Assembly (NCBI GenBank): GCA_021809805.1
Contig: JAJZKA010000002.1
Location: 3,907-67,906 of the forward strand
Source: Actinomycetes bacterium
GTDB lineage: Bacteria > Actinomycetota > Acidimicrobiia > Acidimicrobiales > Bog-793
DNA: 64,000 bases
Direction of reading: 5' to 3'
The notes under the pieces are model-generated. The model worked only from the letters and a program-made list of their open reading frames with translations, searched no databases and had not been told where the DNA came from. Every line of letters begins with the position of its first letter. Position 1 is the first letter of the stretch. Made by a program: the position numbers and the translations under genes. Shown piece after piece: positions 1 through 9,189 of this stretch.

Positions 1-601
1 TATCGGCGACGAGGTAGACGATCGGGAGCCGCATCTTGGACGCCGTGTTGAGGCTTTCCCAGAACTCACCCTCGGAGGTGGCCCCCTCGCCGATCGAGAC
101 GTAGGTGACCTCATCATCGTGGTGCTCGACGCCGGCGAGGCTGCGGCCAGCCGCGAAGCGCGTGGTCTCCGCGCAGCCGACGGCCGGGATGCACTGGCTG
201 CCCGTGGGGCTCGATTGGCTGACGATGTGCAGCGGGCGGCTCGCCCAGTGCGAAGGCATCTGGCGACCACCCGAGGCCGGGTCCTCAGCCGAGCCGACGG
301 CCTGGAGCAGCACCTCATACGGGCTCACACCGAGCGCGAGCACGAGGGGCAGATCCCGGTAGTAGGGAAAGAACCAGTCATAGCCCGGGCGCAGCGACCT
401 CGCGAACGCCGTGAGCAGGGCCTCGTGGCCCGCGCCGGCGATGTGGAAGTAGGTGCGTCCCTGCTTGTGGAGGATGAGCTGGCGGTCGTCGAGCTCGCGG
501 GCCATGCAGGCGAGTCGGAAGTCCGCCAGCACCTCTGGGACGGCGATGCCACGGTAGGTGGCGCCGCGTTCTGCCTGCTCGTGGGTCCTGGGCGAGATCA
601 T
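1..601 (-). CDS. TPP-dependent 2-oxoacid (pyruvate/branched-chain) dehydrogenase E1 component alpha subunit. N-terminal part only; the C-terminus runs off the window.
   Basis: Hand translation of the minus strand from the ATG at 601 gives MISPRTHEQAERGATYRGIAVPEVLADFRLACMARELDDRQLILHKQGRTYFHIAGAGHEALL...YVSIGEGATSEGEFWESLNTASKMRLPIVYLVADN. This is typical E1-alpha with the TPP-binding GEGATSEG region. It is absent from the ORF track because no stop lies inside the window. Confidence 0.8.
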   Translation of the reverse strand, partial: MISPRTHEQAERGATYRGIAVPEVLADFRLACMARELDDRQLILHKQGRTYFHIAGAGHEALLTAFARSLRPGYDWFFPYYRDLPLVLALGVSPYEVLLQAVGSAEDPASGGRQMPSHWASRPLHIVSQSSPTGSQCIPAVGCAETTRFAAGRSLAGVEHHDDEVTYVSIGEGATSEGEFWESLNTASKMRLPIVYLVAD

Positions 602-795
602 CGGCTCACCTGGCGTCCCAGATCACCGCATCGAGTCCTCGGTTACGCACGAACCCTGCCTCCCTGGTCACCGCCCGACGGCGGAATGCAGCGGCCGGCA
701 GAACCGGCGCGTCACCTGAGGCGGCCAAAGACCCCTGCCACCGTTTCAGGCTCGACGAACTAGAGTAGGTGCGCGGACGGGGGAAGGAGGACAGG

Positions 796-1011
796 TTGCC
801 CACCGGCCTGCTAGCAGATCTCTTTGGTCCCGATGGTCTCATCGTGATCGCGGTCATTGTCGTGGTTCTGCTCTTTGGGGGATCGCAGCTGCCCAAGCTG
901 GCGCGCGGCCTCGGCAGCGCGTCGCACGAGTTCAAGAAGGGACTCGAGCAAGGCGACGGCACCGCGGCGAACTCCGACGCTGCAGCTGAGAAGGACAAGA
1001 GCGGCGCCTGA
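796..1011 (+). CDS. tatA: Twin-arginine translocase subunit TatA/E
   Basis: LFGPDGLIVIAVIVVVLLFGGSQLPKLARGLGSASHEFKKG is the TatA TM helix plus amphipathic-helix signature. An in-frame TTG at 796 lies 5 nt after the AGGAGG at 785-790. The track ORF starts at 769. Confidence 0.85.
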   Translation: MPTGLLADLFGPDGLIVIAVIVVVLLFGGSQLPKLARGLGSASHEFKKGLEQGDGTAANSDAAAEKDKSGA

Positions 1012-1211
1012 GCGCGACGGACACGCAACGACCTGAGCAGACCCGCGCCCGGTCGGGGCGCGCGTCTGCGCGTCGGCGCGTCGCCTTTGTTGGCCACACC
1101 GTCGCCGAATACCTCGTCGCTGCAGCGCTTGTCGTCTCGGGCTTCCACGCCAATGGGCCCGTCGCCGACGAGCTGATCGCGGTCGGAGCGCTGCTCGGCA
1201 TCCTGAACGCG

Positions 1212-1643
1212 GTGACGCGCGGGCCACTCGGGGCGCTGCGGCTGCTTTCGCGGCGTGCCCACCATGTGGCCGACGGCGTGGTCATCGTCCTCCTCGCCCT
1301 CGCGCCGTTGGGCGAGCTCGGCCACCTCCACGCCCTCGGCCTGGTCGTCAGCGAGGTCGTCGCGCTCGTCCTGTTGCGAATCGAGCGCACGACTCGCTAT
1401 AGCGAACCCGCGACTGGCACGCCGCCGCTCCACCTCTCGGGGGCCGCATTTGCCGGTCGTCTCGCCGGTCGGGCGCGCCGAGCCGTGGCCGTCCGCGCCA
1501 CCGAGCACCGCGTGGCCCGGCCCGATGTCAGGGCGCGCCCGCCGCTCCACCTCTCGGGGGCCGCATTTGCCGGTCGTCTCGCCGGTCGGACCAAGCGCGC
1601 GATCGCCAGACAGAATGCGCGCCGCCAAGGTGCCCCGCGCTGA
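1212..1643 (+). CDS. Hypothetical protein, possibly a membrane protein. The start is unresolved. The C-terminal half carries the 51-nt direct repeats.
   Basis: This frame has coding-like GC3 and hydrophobic segments (VVIVLLALAPLGELGHLHALGLVVSEVVALVLL). The same frame is open and hydrophobic back to 990 but contains no ATG/GTG/TTG before 1212. Confidence 0.3.
   Translation: MTRGPLGALRLLSRRAHHVADGVVIVLLALAPLGELGHLHALGLVVSEVVALVLLRIERTTRYSEPATGTPPLHLSGAAFAGRLAGRARRAVAVRATEHRVARPDVRARPPLHLSGAAFAGRLAGRTKRAIARQNARRQGAPR
1422..1472. repeat. Direct repeat copy 1 (51 nt, identical to 1539-1589)
   Basis: ccgccgctccacctctcgggggccgcatttgccggtcgtctcgccggtcgg was checked base by base against copy 2. The offset is 117 nt. 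Confidence 0.95.
1539..1589. repeat. Direct repeat copy 2 (51 nt, identical to 1422-1472)
   Basis: Perfect 51/51 identity with copy 1. The flanking and spacer sequence is not conserved. Confidence 0.95.
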
Positions 1644-1690
1644 GCTCGGTCGGTTGGCCTCGGTGGAATGGCAGTAGGTAGTCTCGCCAC

Positions 1691-2563
1691 GTGACCGCCG
1701 GAGCTCAGCCCGACAGCCCCGACGCGAGCGCTCCGAGCGTCGCCGAGGCCCCTTCCCCGCGCACCGCCCTGTGGCGGCGCCGGCTTGCCATGCCCTTCTT
1801 GCTCCTCGGGGGGGCCGTTGTCCTCGCTGGGTGCAACGCGCCGAGCTTCGGTGCCTTCCGAGGCGCCACGGTCCAGGGCCATGACACCTTCAAGCTCTGG
1901 TCGGGAATGATGATCGCCGGCCTCGTGGTCGCCGCGATCGTCTGGGGCCTCATCTTCTGGGCGGTGTTCCGCTACCGCCGCCGGGACGAGACGATCCCGC
2001 GCCAGTTCCACTCGAACGTCCTGCTCGAGATCATCTACACCGGGCTACCGGTGATCATCGTCGGCACGATCTTCTACTTCACTGTGCTCACCGAGAACAA
2101 CGTCGATGCCCTCGCGAAGCGACCGGCCGAGATCGTCCATGTGACGGCCTACCGCTGGGGCTGGCGTTTCAACTACTACTCGGGGAGCAACCAGACCCAG
2201 AACGTGCTGATCGCGACCAAGGGCCAGCCCCAGGCGTTGGCACTTCCCGCGACATCGAGCGTCTATCCCCAGCTCGTGCTGCCCGACCACTCGACCGTCG
2301 AGATCTATCTGACCTCGGTGGACGTCGTGCACGAGTTCTGGGTGCCCGCTTTTGACTTCGGGCGCTACGCGCAGCCCGGCCACCCGAACACGTGGGACTT
2401 CACGACCACGACTACGGGTACATTCCGCGGTCAGTGCGCGGAGTACTGCGGCTTGTACCACGCTGAGATGCTCTTCACGGTCAAAGTCGAGCCGAAGGCG
2501 ACCTTCCAGCGTTGGCTCGCCCACCAGCAGTCTGCGCAGGCACACTCAGGAGCGCTGTCATGA
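1691..2563 (+). CDS. ctaC: Cytochrome c oxidase (aa3) subunit II
   Basis: CuA motif [13 protein letters not shown]-terminal TM helices, and a stop overlapping the ctaD ATG (ATGA). Confidence 0.95.
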   Translation: MTAGAQPDSPDASAPSVAEAPSPRTALWRRRLAMPFLLLGGAVVLAGCNAPSFGAFRGATVQGHDTFKLWSGMMIAGLVVAAIVWGLIFWAVFRYRRRDETIPRQFHSNVLLEIIYTGLPVIIVGTIFYFTVLTENNVDALAKRPAEIVHVTAYRWGWRFNYYSGSNQTQNVLIATKGQPQALALPATSSVYPQLVLPDHSTVEIYLTSVDVVHEFWVPAFDFGRYAQPGHPNTWDFTTTTTGTFRGQCAEYCGLYHAEMLFTVKVEPKATFQRWLAHQQSAQAHSGALS

Positions 2564-4293
2564 CCGTTCTCGCCGAGCGACCCTCCGGGTTCGCCCACCC
2601 CGAGGCCGAGCACGGCCCAACGGGCCTGCTGAAGTGGCTGACGAGCACCGACCACAAGGTGATCGGCAAGAGCTACACGATCACGTCGATTGCCTTCTTC
2701 TTGGCCGCCGGGATCATGGCGATGCTGATTCGCATTCAGCTCGCCGGGCCGGATAGCACGGTCGTCTCGCAGCACACCTACAACGAGCTGTTCACGATGC
2801 ACGGCAGCTTGATGCTGTACCTGTTCGCCGGACCGTTCGCGTTCGGTGGGATTGCGAACTACATCATCCCATTGCAGGTGGGCGCGCCGGACATGGCCTT
2901 TCCCCGGCTGAACGCGCTGTCGTACTGGTTGTATCTGTCGGGCGGCCTGACGATGATCGGTGGCTTCTTGACCGTCGGCGGCGCGGCCGACTTCGGTTGG
3001 GTCGCCTACGCACCCTTGTCGGACGCGGTCAACTCGCCCGGTGCCGGTCCGGACATGTGGATCGTTGCCCTCGTGCTCACCGGCTTCTCGGCGATCTTCA
3101 CGGGCGTCAACCTCGTGGCGACGATCTTCTATCTGCGCGCGCCTGGTCTGACGATGTTCCGACTGCCGATCTTCACCTGGAACATGCTGGTGACCGCGAT
3201 CCTGATTCTCGTCGCCTTCCCGGTGCTCACGGCGGCACTCGTGATGCTGTGGTGCGATCGACATCTCGGCGCGCACATCTATACGGTGAGCGGCGGCGGT
3301 GTCCCGGTGCTCTGGCAGAACCTGTTCTGGTTCTTCGGCCATCCCGAGGTCTACATCCTCGCCCTGCCGTACTTCGGCATGGTCACCGAGGTGCTGGCTG
3401 TCTTCTCCCGTAAGCCCGTGTTCGGCTACCGCGGCATGATCTTTGCGACGATCACGATCGGCGCGTTGTCAACGGCGGTGTGGGCGCACCACATGTTCAC
3501 CACCGGCACCGTGCTCCTGCCCTTCTTCAGCTTGATGTCGTACCTGATCGCTGTGCCTACCGGGATCAAGTTCTTCAACTGGATCGGCACGATGTGGCGC
3601 GGCTCGTTGCAGTTCACCTCGTCGATGCTGTTCGCCGTCGGGTTTCTCATCGTGTTCTTGTTCGGCGGCGTCACCGGGGTCCTGCTCGCCTCTCCACCGG
3701 TTGACTTCTATGTGCACGACACCTACTTCGTCATCGCGCACTTCCACGAGGTGCTCTTCGGCTCGGCGGTCTTCGGCGGCTTTGCAGGGCTGTACTACTG
3801 GTATCCCAAGATGACCGGCCGGATGCTGCGCGAGGGCCTCGGCAAAGCGAGCTTCTGGCTCATGTTCATCGGTTTTTGGGTGACCTACCTGCCCCAGTAC
3901 CTGCTCGGCCTGCGCGGCATGCCGCGCAGGATCGCCGTGTACTCGGCGTCCACGGGTTGGGCCGGCCTGAACCTGATCTCGACGGTCGGAGCGTTCATCC
4001 TCTTTGCTGCCGCGGCCTTCACGGTGCTGAACCTCTGGGTTTCCTGGCGTGTTCCCGAAGTGGCGCCCGCCAATCCTTGGGATGGGCACACCCTGGAGTG
4101 GGCGGCCGCCTCACCGCCGGTGCACCATAACTTCACCTGGTTGCCGCCGGTCCGTTCCGAGCGCCCGGTCTGGGATTTCAACCACCCCGAGCACACCACT
4201 CAGATGCACCCCCCAAGCGAGGGTGAGGTGACCAGGGCCGAGCGGGTCCTCGCGTCTGGCCATCCTGACGCGGGCAAGGAGACACAGCGATGA
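2560..4293 (+). CDS. ctaD: Cytochrome c oxidase subunit I
   Basis: Classic heme-copper oxidase subunit I sequence ([27 protein letters not shown]). The ATG at 2560 overlaps the ctaC stop. The track ORF's upstream extension from 2512 lies inside ctaC. Confidence 0.95.
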   Translation: MTVLAERPSGFAHPEAEHGPTGLLKWLTSTDHKVIGKSYTITSIAFFLAAGIMAMLIRIQLAGPDSTVVSQHTYNELFTMHGSLMLYLFAGPFAFGGIANYIIPLQVGAPDMAFPRLNALSYWLYLSGGLTMIGGFLTVGGAADFGWVAYAPLSDAVNSPGAGPDMWIVALVLTGFSAIFTGVNLVATIFYLRAPGLTMFRLPIFTWNMLVTAILILVAFPVLTAALVMLWCDRHLGAHIYTVSGGGVPVLWQNLFWFFGHPEVYILALPYFGMVTEVLAVFSRKPVFGYRGMIFATITIGALSTAVWAHHMFTTGTVLLPFFSLMSYLIAVPTGIKFFNWIGTMWRGSLQFTSSMLFAVGFLIVFLFGGVTGVLLASPPVDFYVHDTYFVIAHFHEVLFGSAVFGGFAGLYYWYPKMTGRMLREGLGKASFWLMFIGFWVTYLPQYLLGLRGMPRRIAVYSASTGWAGLNLISTVGAFILFAAAAFTVLNLWVSWRVPEVAPANPWDGHTLEWAAASPPVHHNFTWLPPVRSERPVWDFNHPEHTTQMHPPSEGEVTRAERVLASGHPDAGKETQR

Positions 4294-4682
4294 AGATCGA
4301 GGCGCGGATCTTGTTCGTGATGTTCGTCTTCGGGGCGGTCATTGCGACGATCTACTGGTTTACGTCCTATGAGGACGGTGGCACGGTCATGCTCGCCGCG
4401 GTGTCGCTGCTCGGCCTGCTGCCTGGGAGCTACTACTTCTGGTGGTCCCGGCGGATGCAGCCACGACCAGAAGATCTGCCAGATGCGAACCCCGAGGACT
4501 CGCCGGCGATCATCGGTGCTTTCCCCAGCTCGAGCATCTGGCCCTTCATCCTCGGTGTCGGTGCAGCCTTTGTCGCCATCGCTCTGGTCTTCGGCGTGTG
4601 GACGGCGGTCTTCGGGGGCACCTTGATCGTTGCGGCGGTGATCGGCGTCATCATAGAAAGCCGCCGAGGTGGCGCCTACTGA
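4290..4682 (+). CDS. ctaF: Cytochrome c oxidase subunit IV (actinobacterial CtaF type)
   Basis: A 130-aa four-TM protein immediately after ctaD, with an ATGA overlap. The N-terminus [24 protein letters not shown] resembles the actinobacterial CtaF family. Confidence 0.8.
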   Translation: MKIEARILFVMFVFGAVIATIYWFTSYEDGGTVMLAAVSLLGLLPGSYYFWWSRRMQPRPEDLPDANPEDSPAIIGAFPSSSIWPFILGVGAAFVAIALVFGVWTAVFGGTLIVAAVIGVIIESRRGGAY

Positions 4683-4683
4683 C

Positions 4684-4809
4684 TTAACGGCGCCTGCCGA
4701 GGTTCCTGGCGAAGCGCACGACGAAGACCACCAGGATCACCAAGAGGACCACGAAGAGCCCGAACCCGACGGCGAAGGCGACGGTCGACGCAGCCAGCAG
4801 ACCGGTCAT
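4684..4809 (-). CDS. 41-aa hydrophobic micro-protein (single TM helix, basic C-terminus)
   Basis: MTGLLAASTVAFAVGFGLFVVLLVILVVFVVRFARNLGRRR. Its ATG overlaps the tesB stop (ATGA at 4806-4809), and the stop is TAA at 4684-4686. Confidence 0.45.
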   Translation of the reverse strand: MTGLLAASTVAFAVGFGLFVVLLVILVVFVVRFARNLGRRR

Positions 4810-5660
4810 GCGGTCCTCCGGAAGCGGAGCAGTCCTTCCTGGGCGACACTCGCGACGAGGGCTCCGTCGCGGGCATACAGCGTGCCGAGCGAGAAGCCGC
4901 GCGCCCCGCCTGCGGTCGGGCTGTGCAAGTCGTAGAGGAGCCACTCGTCAGCCCGGAACGGCCGATGGAACCACATGCAGTGGTCGAGGCTGGCGCCGAT
5001 GAACTCCTCGTCCCAAGGGCTGAAGCCGTGGCGCTGTAGGACAGTGTCCACCAAGGTGATGTCCGAGCAGAAGGTAACGACCGCGGCGTGGATGAGCGGG
5101 TCAGCCCGTAGGGGCTGCGCGAAGCGGAACCAGAGCTGTTCGCGCCGGGCCGTCTCAGACCCCGCACCCCGCGACCAAGGGAGCTCGGTGATGAAACGGA
5201 TCTCGAGGCCCTCGGCGTGGTGGAAGCGCTCGGGGATGCCGGCGGCGACGTCCTCCGCCGGCAGCGCGTCGAGCGCCTCGGGAGGCGGGACCACCGGAGG
5301 GGCGTCCTGGTGCTCGAGGCCCTCTTCCTCGCCCCGGTGGAACGAGCAGTGCAGGTTGAAGATGGCACGGCCATGCTGGATCGCGACGACGCGGCGCGTG
5401 GTGAAGCTCCTGCCATCGCGGATGCGGTCGACGTCATAGAGGATCGGAACGGCGGGGTCGCCCGGTCGGAGGAAGTAGGCGTGCAGTGAGTGCACCGTGC
5501 TCTCCGCGATGGTCCGGCCCGCTGCGACCAGTGCCTGGGCGGCCACCTGGCCCCCGAAAACCCGCTGGCGGGATCCGGTCGGGCTCTTGCCGCGGAACAA
5601 ATTGACCTCGATCGCCTCGAGATCGAGAAGTTCGAGCAGTCCTGCCGTGCCAGCCTCCAC
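4806..5660 (-). CDS. tesB: Acyl-CoA thioesterase II
   Basis: LLELLDLEAIEVNLFRGKSP...RVFGGQVAAQALVAA and a double hot-dog layout typical of TesB. Confidence 0.9.
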   Translation of the reverse strand: MEAGTAGLLELLDLEAIEVNLFRGKSPTGSRQRVFGGQVAAQALVAAGRTIAESTVHSLHAYFLRPGDPAVPILYDVDRIRDGRSFTTRRVVAIQHGRAIFNLHCSFHRGEEEGLEHQDAPPVVPPPEALDALPAEDVAAGIPERFHHAEGLEIRFITELPWSRGAGSETARREQLWFRFAQPLRADPLIHAAVVTFCSDITLVDTVLQRHGFSPWDEEFIGASLDHCMWFHRPFRADEWLLYDLHSPTAGGARGFSLGTLYARDGALVASVAQEGLLRFRRTA

Positions 5661-5685
5661 CCCGTGAAGCTACACTCTCACCGTC

Positions 5686-6360
5686 ATGCCAGGTCCGACG
5701 CCGACTGATCCTGACGCGCCGCAAGCGCCCGGCCGGCTCCAGGCGTTTTTGCGTGGCGCGCACTTCGCCAAGCTGTGGCGCTACATGTCGGTGTCGATCC
5801 TGACGACGTTCCTGTCGCTCGGCCTGCTCTACGTCTTTTACCGCAAGGTCAAGGTCGGTGCGGTCGACCTGAACGGCTGGCAGATCAGCCAGGCCGAGGT
5901 GGCGAACGTGATCGCCACGGCGATCACGACGATCCCTTCGTACTACCTCAACCGGGCCTGGGCCTGGGGCAAGAGCGGCAAGTCACACCTGTGGCGGGAG
6001 GTCGTCCCGTTCTGGGTGATCGCCTTCATCAGCCTCGTGCTGTCGACTCTCGTCGTCGGCTTGGCGAGCCGTGAGGCCGTGCACCTCTCGCAGCGCCACG
6101 AGGTGCAGACGATCCTTGTTGAGCTCGGCAATCTCGCTACCTACGGCGCGATGTGGTTGGCGAAGTACTTCATCTTCAACAAGGTGCTCTTCGTTGGCGG
6201 CGAGCGCTCGGGCAGGGAGGGCGGCGACGCGGTCGTGACGCCGCTGTCGGCGGCGGCGCCTCACGGCCAAAAGCGGAACGCCCGTGGCGAGCGCCAGCGC
6301 GGCGAGTCCGAGCGTGGGGACGTTGCCGAACTGCTCGTAGAGGGTCGCCCCACGCCGTAG
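5686..6360 (+). CDS. GtrA-family membrane protein (polyprenol-linked glycan translocation family)
   Basis: The four-TM GtrA pattern (YMSVSILTTFLSLGLLYVFY ... YYLNRAWAW ... LAKYFIFNKVLF). The conserved core ends near 6195, and the C-terminal tail to 6360 is low-complexity. Confidence 0.75.
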   Translation: MPGPTPTDPDAPQAPGRLQAFLRGAHFAKLWRYMSVSILTTFLSLGLLYVFYRKVKVGAVDLNGWQISQAEVANVIATAITTIPSYYLNRAWAWGKSGKSHLWREVVPFWVIAFISLVLSTLVVGLASREAVHLSQRHEVQTILVELGNLATYGAMWLAKYFIFNKVLFVGGERSGREGGDAVVTPLSAAAPHGQKRNARGERQRGESERGDVAELLVEGRPTP

Positions 6361-7719
6361 CGGGATGGTGGTGGTGAGCGTGGCTGGGACGCCGAGCTCG
6401 CTGCGCCAGAGCACCGCGCCGCTCGGAGCGATCACGGCGCTGACGCCGACCGTTGCGGCTTGGAGGAGATAGCGACCTTCGGCGACCGCTTGAATACGCG
6501 AGGCCGCGAGCTCTTGGCCGGGGATCTCGCTTGTGGCGTACGACGCGGTGTTCGTCGCCACGACGAGGGCACGGCCTCCGGCGCGTACCGCAGAGCGTCC
6601 GCGTCCGGGGAAGAAGTCCTCATAGGAGATGAGCGCGCCGAGCGGGCCCGCTGGCGTCCTCAGCAGACCGCTCCCGTGCCCGACGACCATGTCACGGGGG
6701 ACCGCGGCGAGGTTCACCACGTGCTGGAGCACGCCCCGGAAGGGGACGTACTCACCGAAGGGCACCGGGTGTGCCTTCTCGTCGCTGGCGGCGATCCGCC
6801 CGTTGGGCGTGATCGCGACGAGCGCGTTGGTGAACTGGTGCTGGCCGACGAGGGCAGTCACCCCGGCGAGCAGCGTGGCGTGGAGGTGGTGAGCCAGTGC
6901 GCCGAGGGCGCGCTCGGCGGGAGAGCCGGCGAGCGGTCCACCGAGCGAGACGACGTCCTCGGGCCAGAGCACCACCGCGACCCGTCCGGGAGCGACGCGC
7001 GACGTCTCGGCGATCGTCGCCGCCAGCGCCGTGCTCGCAGGCTGCTCGAGCGAGGTGAGGCCCCGGCGCCCCCCGCCTTGGACGATCGCTGCCCGGAGGC
7101 TCCCTGCTTTTGGGGACCCGTTCGGGGCGACGCTGGCCAACATGACGGCGAGCGCGACGCCGCCGAGGCTCCCGAGTGCTCCGAGTGCATCGCGTGGGTG
7201 GCGCGAGCGGTACCGGCGGCCGAGGCTGGAGGCGCCGCCTGCCCCGAGGGCGGCTGCGGCGGCCACCATGAGGAGCGGGCCACCGATCCGGGTGAGTGCA
7301 AGGAGCGGGCCGCCACTCTGGCCAATCGCCACGCCACCAATCGGCATGCCGCCGACGGGCCAGTGGTCGCGCACCCATTCGAGCAGGATGACGGCACCGA
7401 CGATTCGTAGTTGTTGGAGCGCTCCTCGAGACGCGAGCAGTGCGAAGAGGGCGCACAGGAGCCCTTCGAGGCCGACCAGTAGGACGTATCCGGCGAGCGT
7501 GAAGGCGGCCACGAAGAGGGCGCCGACGGCGTACTGGGCGATGCCGCACCCGGCACCCACGAGCAAGCGACGCGACGGGTGGGCGCCCGTCAATGCAGAT
7601 GACAAGATCCCGAGGCCGATGATGCCGAGCGGCCACCACCCAAATGGCGGGGCGGCGAGGGCAATGAGCAGCCCAGCGGTGACGCCGGCGGCCAAGGCGA
7701 CGCTGTCGTGCCGGCGCAT
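5983..7719 (-). CDS. lnt: Apolipoprotein N-acyltransferase (multi-TM N-terminal region plus CN-hydrolase domain)
   Basis: Multi-TM N-terminal region, a CN-hydrolase region (VVLWPEDVV ... PFGEYVPF ... ISYEDFF) and a final TM helix followed by RRRRR near 6261. The ORF stays open a further 92 aa to 5983, over the antisense strand of gtrA. Confidence 0.85.
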   Translation of the reverse strand: MRRHDSVALAAGVTAGLLIALAAPPFGWWPLGIIGLGILSSALTGAHPSRRLLVGAGCGIAQYAVGALFVAAFTLAGYVLLVGLEGLLCALFALLASRGALQQLRIVGAVILLEWVRDHWPVGGMPIGGVAIGQSGGPLLALTRIGGPLLMVAAAAALGAGGASSLGRRYRSRHPRDALGALGSLGGVALAVMLASVAPNGSPKAGSLRAAIVQGGGRRGLTSLEQPASTALAATIAETSRVAPGRVAVVLWPEDVVSLGGPLAGSPAERALGALAHHLHATLLAGVTALVGQHQFTNALVAITPNGRIAASDEKAHPVPFGEYVPFRGVLQHVVNLAAVPRDMVVGHGSGLLRTPAGPLGALISYEDFFPGRGRSAVRAGGRALVVATNTASYATSEIPGQELAASRIQAVAEGRYLLQAATVGVSAVIAPSGAVLWRSELGVPATLTTTIPLRRGATLYEQFGNVPTLGLAALALATGVPLLAVRRRRRQRRHDRVAALPARALAANEEHLVEDEVLRQPHRAVGSEIAELNKDRLHLVALREVHGLTARQADDESRQHEADEGDHPERDDLPPQV

Positions 7720-7734
7720 CCCGAAGACCTGTGA

Positions 7735-9189
7735 TCAGGAGGTCGTGGCCCGCCCGAGCGCGCCGTCGAGGCTCGCCGCGGCGGCGTTCCCGCTGCGGAT
7801 GCAGGCGGGGATGCCGATCCCGCCGAAGGCCGACCCGCAGAGCTGCAGACTGGCGAGATCGGCCGTCCGCTCGCCGATGCGCTGGAGCCGGTGCCGAGTG
7901 CCCGGCCCGTACTGCGGGAACGCCTGTGGCCAGCGCTGCACGATCGTGTCGCTCGGCTCGTGTTCGATCCCGAGATAGCGCTGAATCTCCGCGCGCACGG
8001 CGCCCAGAAGCTCCTCGTCGCTCATCCGGGCCGACCGCTCGTCACCGAAGCGGCCCGTGGAGGCGCGGATGACCACGCTGCCTGGCGGGGCGGACCGTGG
8101 CCACTTGGTCGACACGAAGCTGAGCGCGGTGCAGAGCGCGCCGGTGCCTCGCGGCAAGAGCATGCCGGTGCCGGGCAGCGGCGAGTCGGTTGGACGGCCC
8201 GCGGCGAGGGCGCGGGTGGTCGCCTTCGGCACGGCGTCAACGGGGTAAGCGAGTGTCACGGTGATGACGCCGGCGTACTCGATTGCGGCACACCAGGCTG
8301 CGAGCTCGGGGTCGACGCCGCCGAGGAGGCGGGCCGCCGCGAAGGCCGGCACGGCGAGCACGACGCCATCCACGCGAACGTCCGCGCCCGCGCCGGTCAG
8401 CCGCCATGCGGCCGCCTCGCGTCGCACCACTTCAATGCTTGTGGCGCGTGTCAGCTGGACGCCGACCGCAGTGCAGCGTGCCACGAGTGCGTCGACGAGC
8501 TGACCCATGCCTCCGGCGAGCCCAAGGAACATCGATCCCGGCGCGCCGGACGGAGTGCCGGCGGCGCTTTGTCGGCGGGCCCGCATGGCGCCCGCGAGCG
8601 TGCGCTGGCCGGCGAGCATGCCGGCGAGTGCCGGTGCGGTCGACCACAGCGAGAGCTGGCGCACGTCGCCGGCGTTGATCCCACCGAGGAGGGGATCGAT
8701 CAGGGTCGCGACGACCTCGGGTCCGAGCTGGCGCAGCGCGTCAGCGACGGTCGGATCGTGCTCGAGATCGCCCGGGTCGGGGACCGGGCGGGCGGGCCAC
8801 ACGAGCCCGATCCCCGCCCGCAGGAGCCCAGGTGGGCTCAAGATCCCCGAGCGGGCGAGGCTCGCCAGATCGCTCGGCACGCCGAGCATCAGCCCGCTCG
8901 GCAGCCGGCGGGGGCGGCCCCTGGCGAAGATCAGCGCTCCTGCCTCGTTCGGCGAGCTCAGCGCGTCACCGAGGCCGACCGCTTGGACGAGATCGGCCGC
9001 CGCGGGGTCCCGGCTGATGAAGACGTCCGGTCCGAGGTCCACCGGCCGGCCGCAGAACGCGGCGGTGCGCAGCTTGCCGCCGAGACGCTCGTCGGCCTCG
9101 AACAAGATGACCTCGTGCGCGCTCGAGAGCGCGTGGGCAGCGGCAAGACCGGCGATGCCACCACCGACGACGGCAACCGAGGGACTCAT
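7735..9189 (-). CDS. hemY: Protoporphyrinogen/coproporphyrinogen III oxidase (HemY/CgoX type, FAD-dependent)
   Basis: N-terminal dinucleotide-binding motif VAVVGGGIAGLAAA. Correct size (484 aa) and position after hemH, with a 4-nt overlap. Confidence 0.9.
   Translation of the reverse strand: MSPSVAVVGGGIAGLAAAHALSSAHEVILFEADERLGGKLRTAAFCGRPVDLGPDVFISRDPAAADLVQAVGLGDALSSPNEAGALIFARGRPRRLPSGLMLGVPSDLASLARSGILSPPGLLRAGIGLVWPARPVPDPGDLEHDPTVADALRQLGPEVVATLIDPLLGGINAGDVRQLSLWSTAPALAGMLAGQRTLAGAMRARRQSAAGTPSGAPGSMFLGLAGGMGQLVDALVARCTAVGVQLTRATSIEVVRREAAAWRLTGAGADVRVDGVVLAVPAFAAARLLGGVDPELAAWCAAIEYAGVITVTLAYPVDAVPKATTRALAAGRPTDSPLPGTGMLLPRGTGALCTALSFVSTKWPRSAPPGSVVIRASTGRFGDERSARMSDEELLGAVRAEIQRYLGIEHEPSDTIVQRWPQAFPQYGPGTRHRLQRIGERTADLASLQLCGSAFGGIGIPACIRSGNAAAASLDGALGRATTS

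Noticed and set aside
1422-1589. The 51-nt repeats as a possible minimal CRISPR array.
   Set aside because: There are only two copies, and the repeat is longer than typical CRISPR repeats. The single 66-nt spacer is too long, there are no cas genes in the window, and the repeats lie inside an open reading frame.
5983-6360. A 378-nt convergent overlap between the gtrA-like and lnt ORFs, which could suggest functional antisense coupling or dual coding.
   Set aside because: The recognisable cores end about 67 nt apart (gtrA near 6195, lnt near 6261). Both 'tails' are low-complexity read-through into the partner's antisense strand, which lacks stops because of GC bias. This is more likely an absence of early stop codons, or an assembly indel, than a designed overlap.
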